From positions 416,001 through 480,000 of the forward strand of contig OY969811.1 in NCBI GenBank assembly GCA_963703315.1: 64,000 nucleotides of DNA, in the 5' to 3' direction. Source of the DNA: an uncultured cyanobacterium. Its GTDB lineage: Bacteria > Cyanobacteriota > Cyanobacteriia > Pseudanabaenales > Pseudanabaenaceae. The notes beneath the pieces were generated by a model. It worked only from the letters and a program-made list of their open reading frames with translations. It searched no databases and was not told the DNA's origin. Each line of letters opens with the position of its first letter. Position 1 is the first letter of the stretch. Shown one piece after another: positions 62,847-64,000 of this stretch. Made by a program: the position numbers and the translations under genes.

Positions 62847-63452
62847 ATGAACAATATTGGTTTAGGTGATGGTTCGCAAACCGTATCTCTAGTTGTCTTA
62901 GCCGCAATGATGACAGCTTCGGCGATGGGTGTGGTGCTGTTGCAAAATATTGTCTATGCGGCATTTTTGCTCGGTGCAACTTTTATCAGTGTGGCGGGGC
63001 TATATCTGTTGCTCAATGCTGATTTTGTGGCAGCAGCGCAGGTTTTGATTTATGTCGGTGCGGTAAATATTTTGATCCTATTTGCGATCATGCTGGTCAA
63101 TAAGCGTCAAGACTATCAAGATGTGAAATATGGTGCTTTACGCAGTGTCGTCACAGGCGTAGTTTGCTTAGGACTGTTTGCATTGCTAGGAGTTACGGTA
63201 ACTTCAACAAATTGGGCGATCGCTCCTGTCGCCAAGCTTTCCTCCACAATGGTAGTGATTGGTCAGCACTTCTTTAGTGATTACTTACTACCCTTTGAAT
63301 TAGCATCAATACTGCTATTGGTGTCTCTGATTGGTGCGATCGTGCTGGCACGTCGGGAGTTTGTACCTGATGCTGTAGTCGGACAAACAGATTCAGAAGA
63401 GTCTCTTGAATTGTTAGAAAAGCCAAAAGAACAACTTGTTGCTTCTAAATAG
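62847..63452 (+). CDS. ndhG: NDH-1 subunit G
   Basis: AAQVLIYVGAVNILILFAIML and PFELAS. Confidence 0.96.
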   Translation: MNNIGLGDGSQTVSLVVLAAMMTASAMGVVLLQNIVYAAFLLGATFISVAGLYLLLNADFVAAAQVLIYVGAVNILILFAIMLVNKRQDYQDVKYGALRSVVTGVVCLGLFALLGVTVTSTNWAIAPVAKLSSTMVVIGQHFFSDYLLPFELASILLLVSLIGAIVLARREFVPDAVVGQTDSEESLELLEKPKEQLVASK

Positions 63453-63519
63453 ATTTTCGCCCTCACCCCTCGCCCCTCTCTCGCAGGAGAGGAGAACAAG
63501 AAACTAATAGTAAACAGAT

Positions 63520-63825
63520 ATGTCTTTAGAACCTTTTTTGATTATTGCTGCTGCACTGTTCTGTATTGGTATCTACGGATTAGTCACCAGTCGCAATGCA
63601 GTACGTGTATTGATGTCAGTAGAGTTAATGCTCAATGCTGTTAACTTGAACCTGATGGCATTTTCTAATTTCTTAGATTCAGCTAGTATTCGTGGTCAAG
63701 TATTTACGATTTTTGTGATTTCGATCGCGGCGGCGGAAGCGGCTGTTGGTCTAGCGATCGTCCTATCAATCTATCGTAGTCGCGACACAGTGGATATGGA
63801 GCAATTTAACTTGTTACGTTGGTAA
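63520..63825 (+). CDS. ndhE: NDH-1 subunit E
   Basis: [15 protein letters not shown] and [11 protein letters not shown]. Confidence 0.96.
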   Translation: MSLEPFLIIAAALFCIGIYGLVTSRNAVRVLMSVELMLNAVNLNLMAFSNFLDSASIRGQVFTIFVISIAAAEAAVGLAIVLSIYRSRDTVDMEQFNLLRW

Positions 63826-63900
63826 TAATTTGAGTTTTCATTTTCCCTATGGTGAAATGAAAACTCAAAATCTAGCTAATAAAAGCCAATTCTTAAAGCT

Positions 63901-64000
63901 ATGTCAGAATCTCAACCCTATCAAGACCCTGTTGCTCAACTTCTTACTTTCGATACTCCAACTAACTGGCAAGATAATTGGATTGACTACCCTTCTCAGT
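63901..64000 (+). CDS. Hypothetical protein, truncated by window end
   Basis: MSESQPYQDPVAQLLTF... open to the edge. Confidence 0.5.
   Translation, partial: MSESQPYQDPVAQLLTFDTPTNWQDNWIDYPSQ

Overview
Cyanobacterial chromosome segment. The HIP1 octamer GCGATCGC is very frequent, and psb, ndh, ccm and crt genes are present; the intergenic repeat style suggests a Pseudanabaena-like organism (inference). Housekeeping genes are purK, lipA, ccmP, psbQ, iscS, ppsA, hup, crtQ, pdhB, psbEFLJ and ndhHAIGE. They surround an accessory zone at about 24.6-41.7 kb with three parts. (1) A ~4.8-kb integrase-free island bounded by a duplicated ppsA 3' end plus terminator. It carries a 64-bp RNA-like hairpin directly upstream of a 95-aa HNH nuclease and an extra RNase III, then three two-gene toxin-antitoxin-type cassettes, each bracketed by HIP1-based tandem repeats. 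(2) Further TA modules, some with inactivated toxins. (3) A putative protease conflict operon: a Trypco-like pseudogene, CHAT-AAA_35, xisH/xisI, and a ~1719-aa AAA_35-TM-coiled coil-TPR-pseudoCHAT gene split by an IS630. A type IIG restriction-modification gene, nested MITEs and many REP-like hairpins are also present. I saw no CRISPR array, rRNA or tRNA. All family assignments come from motifs recognised by eye; no database search was run.
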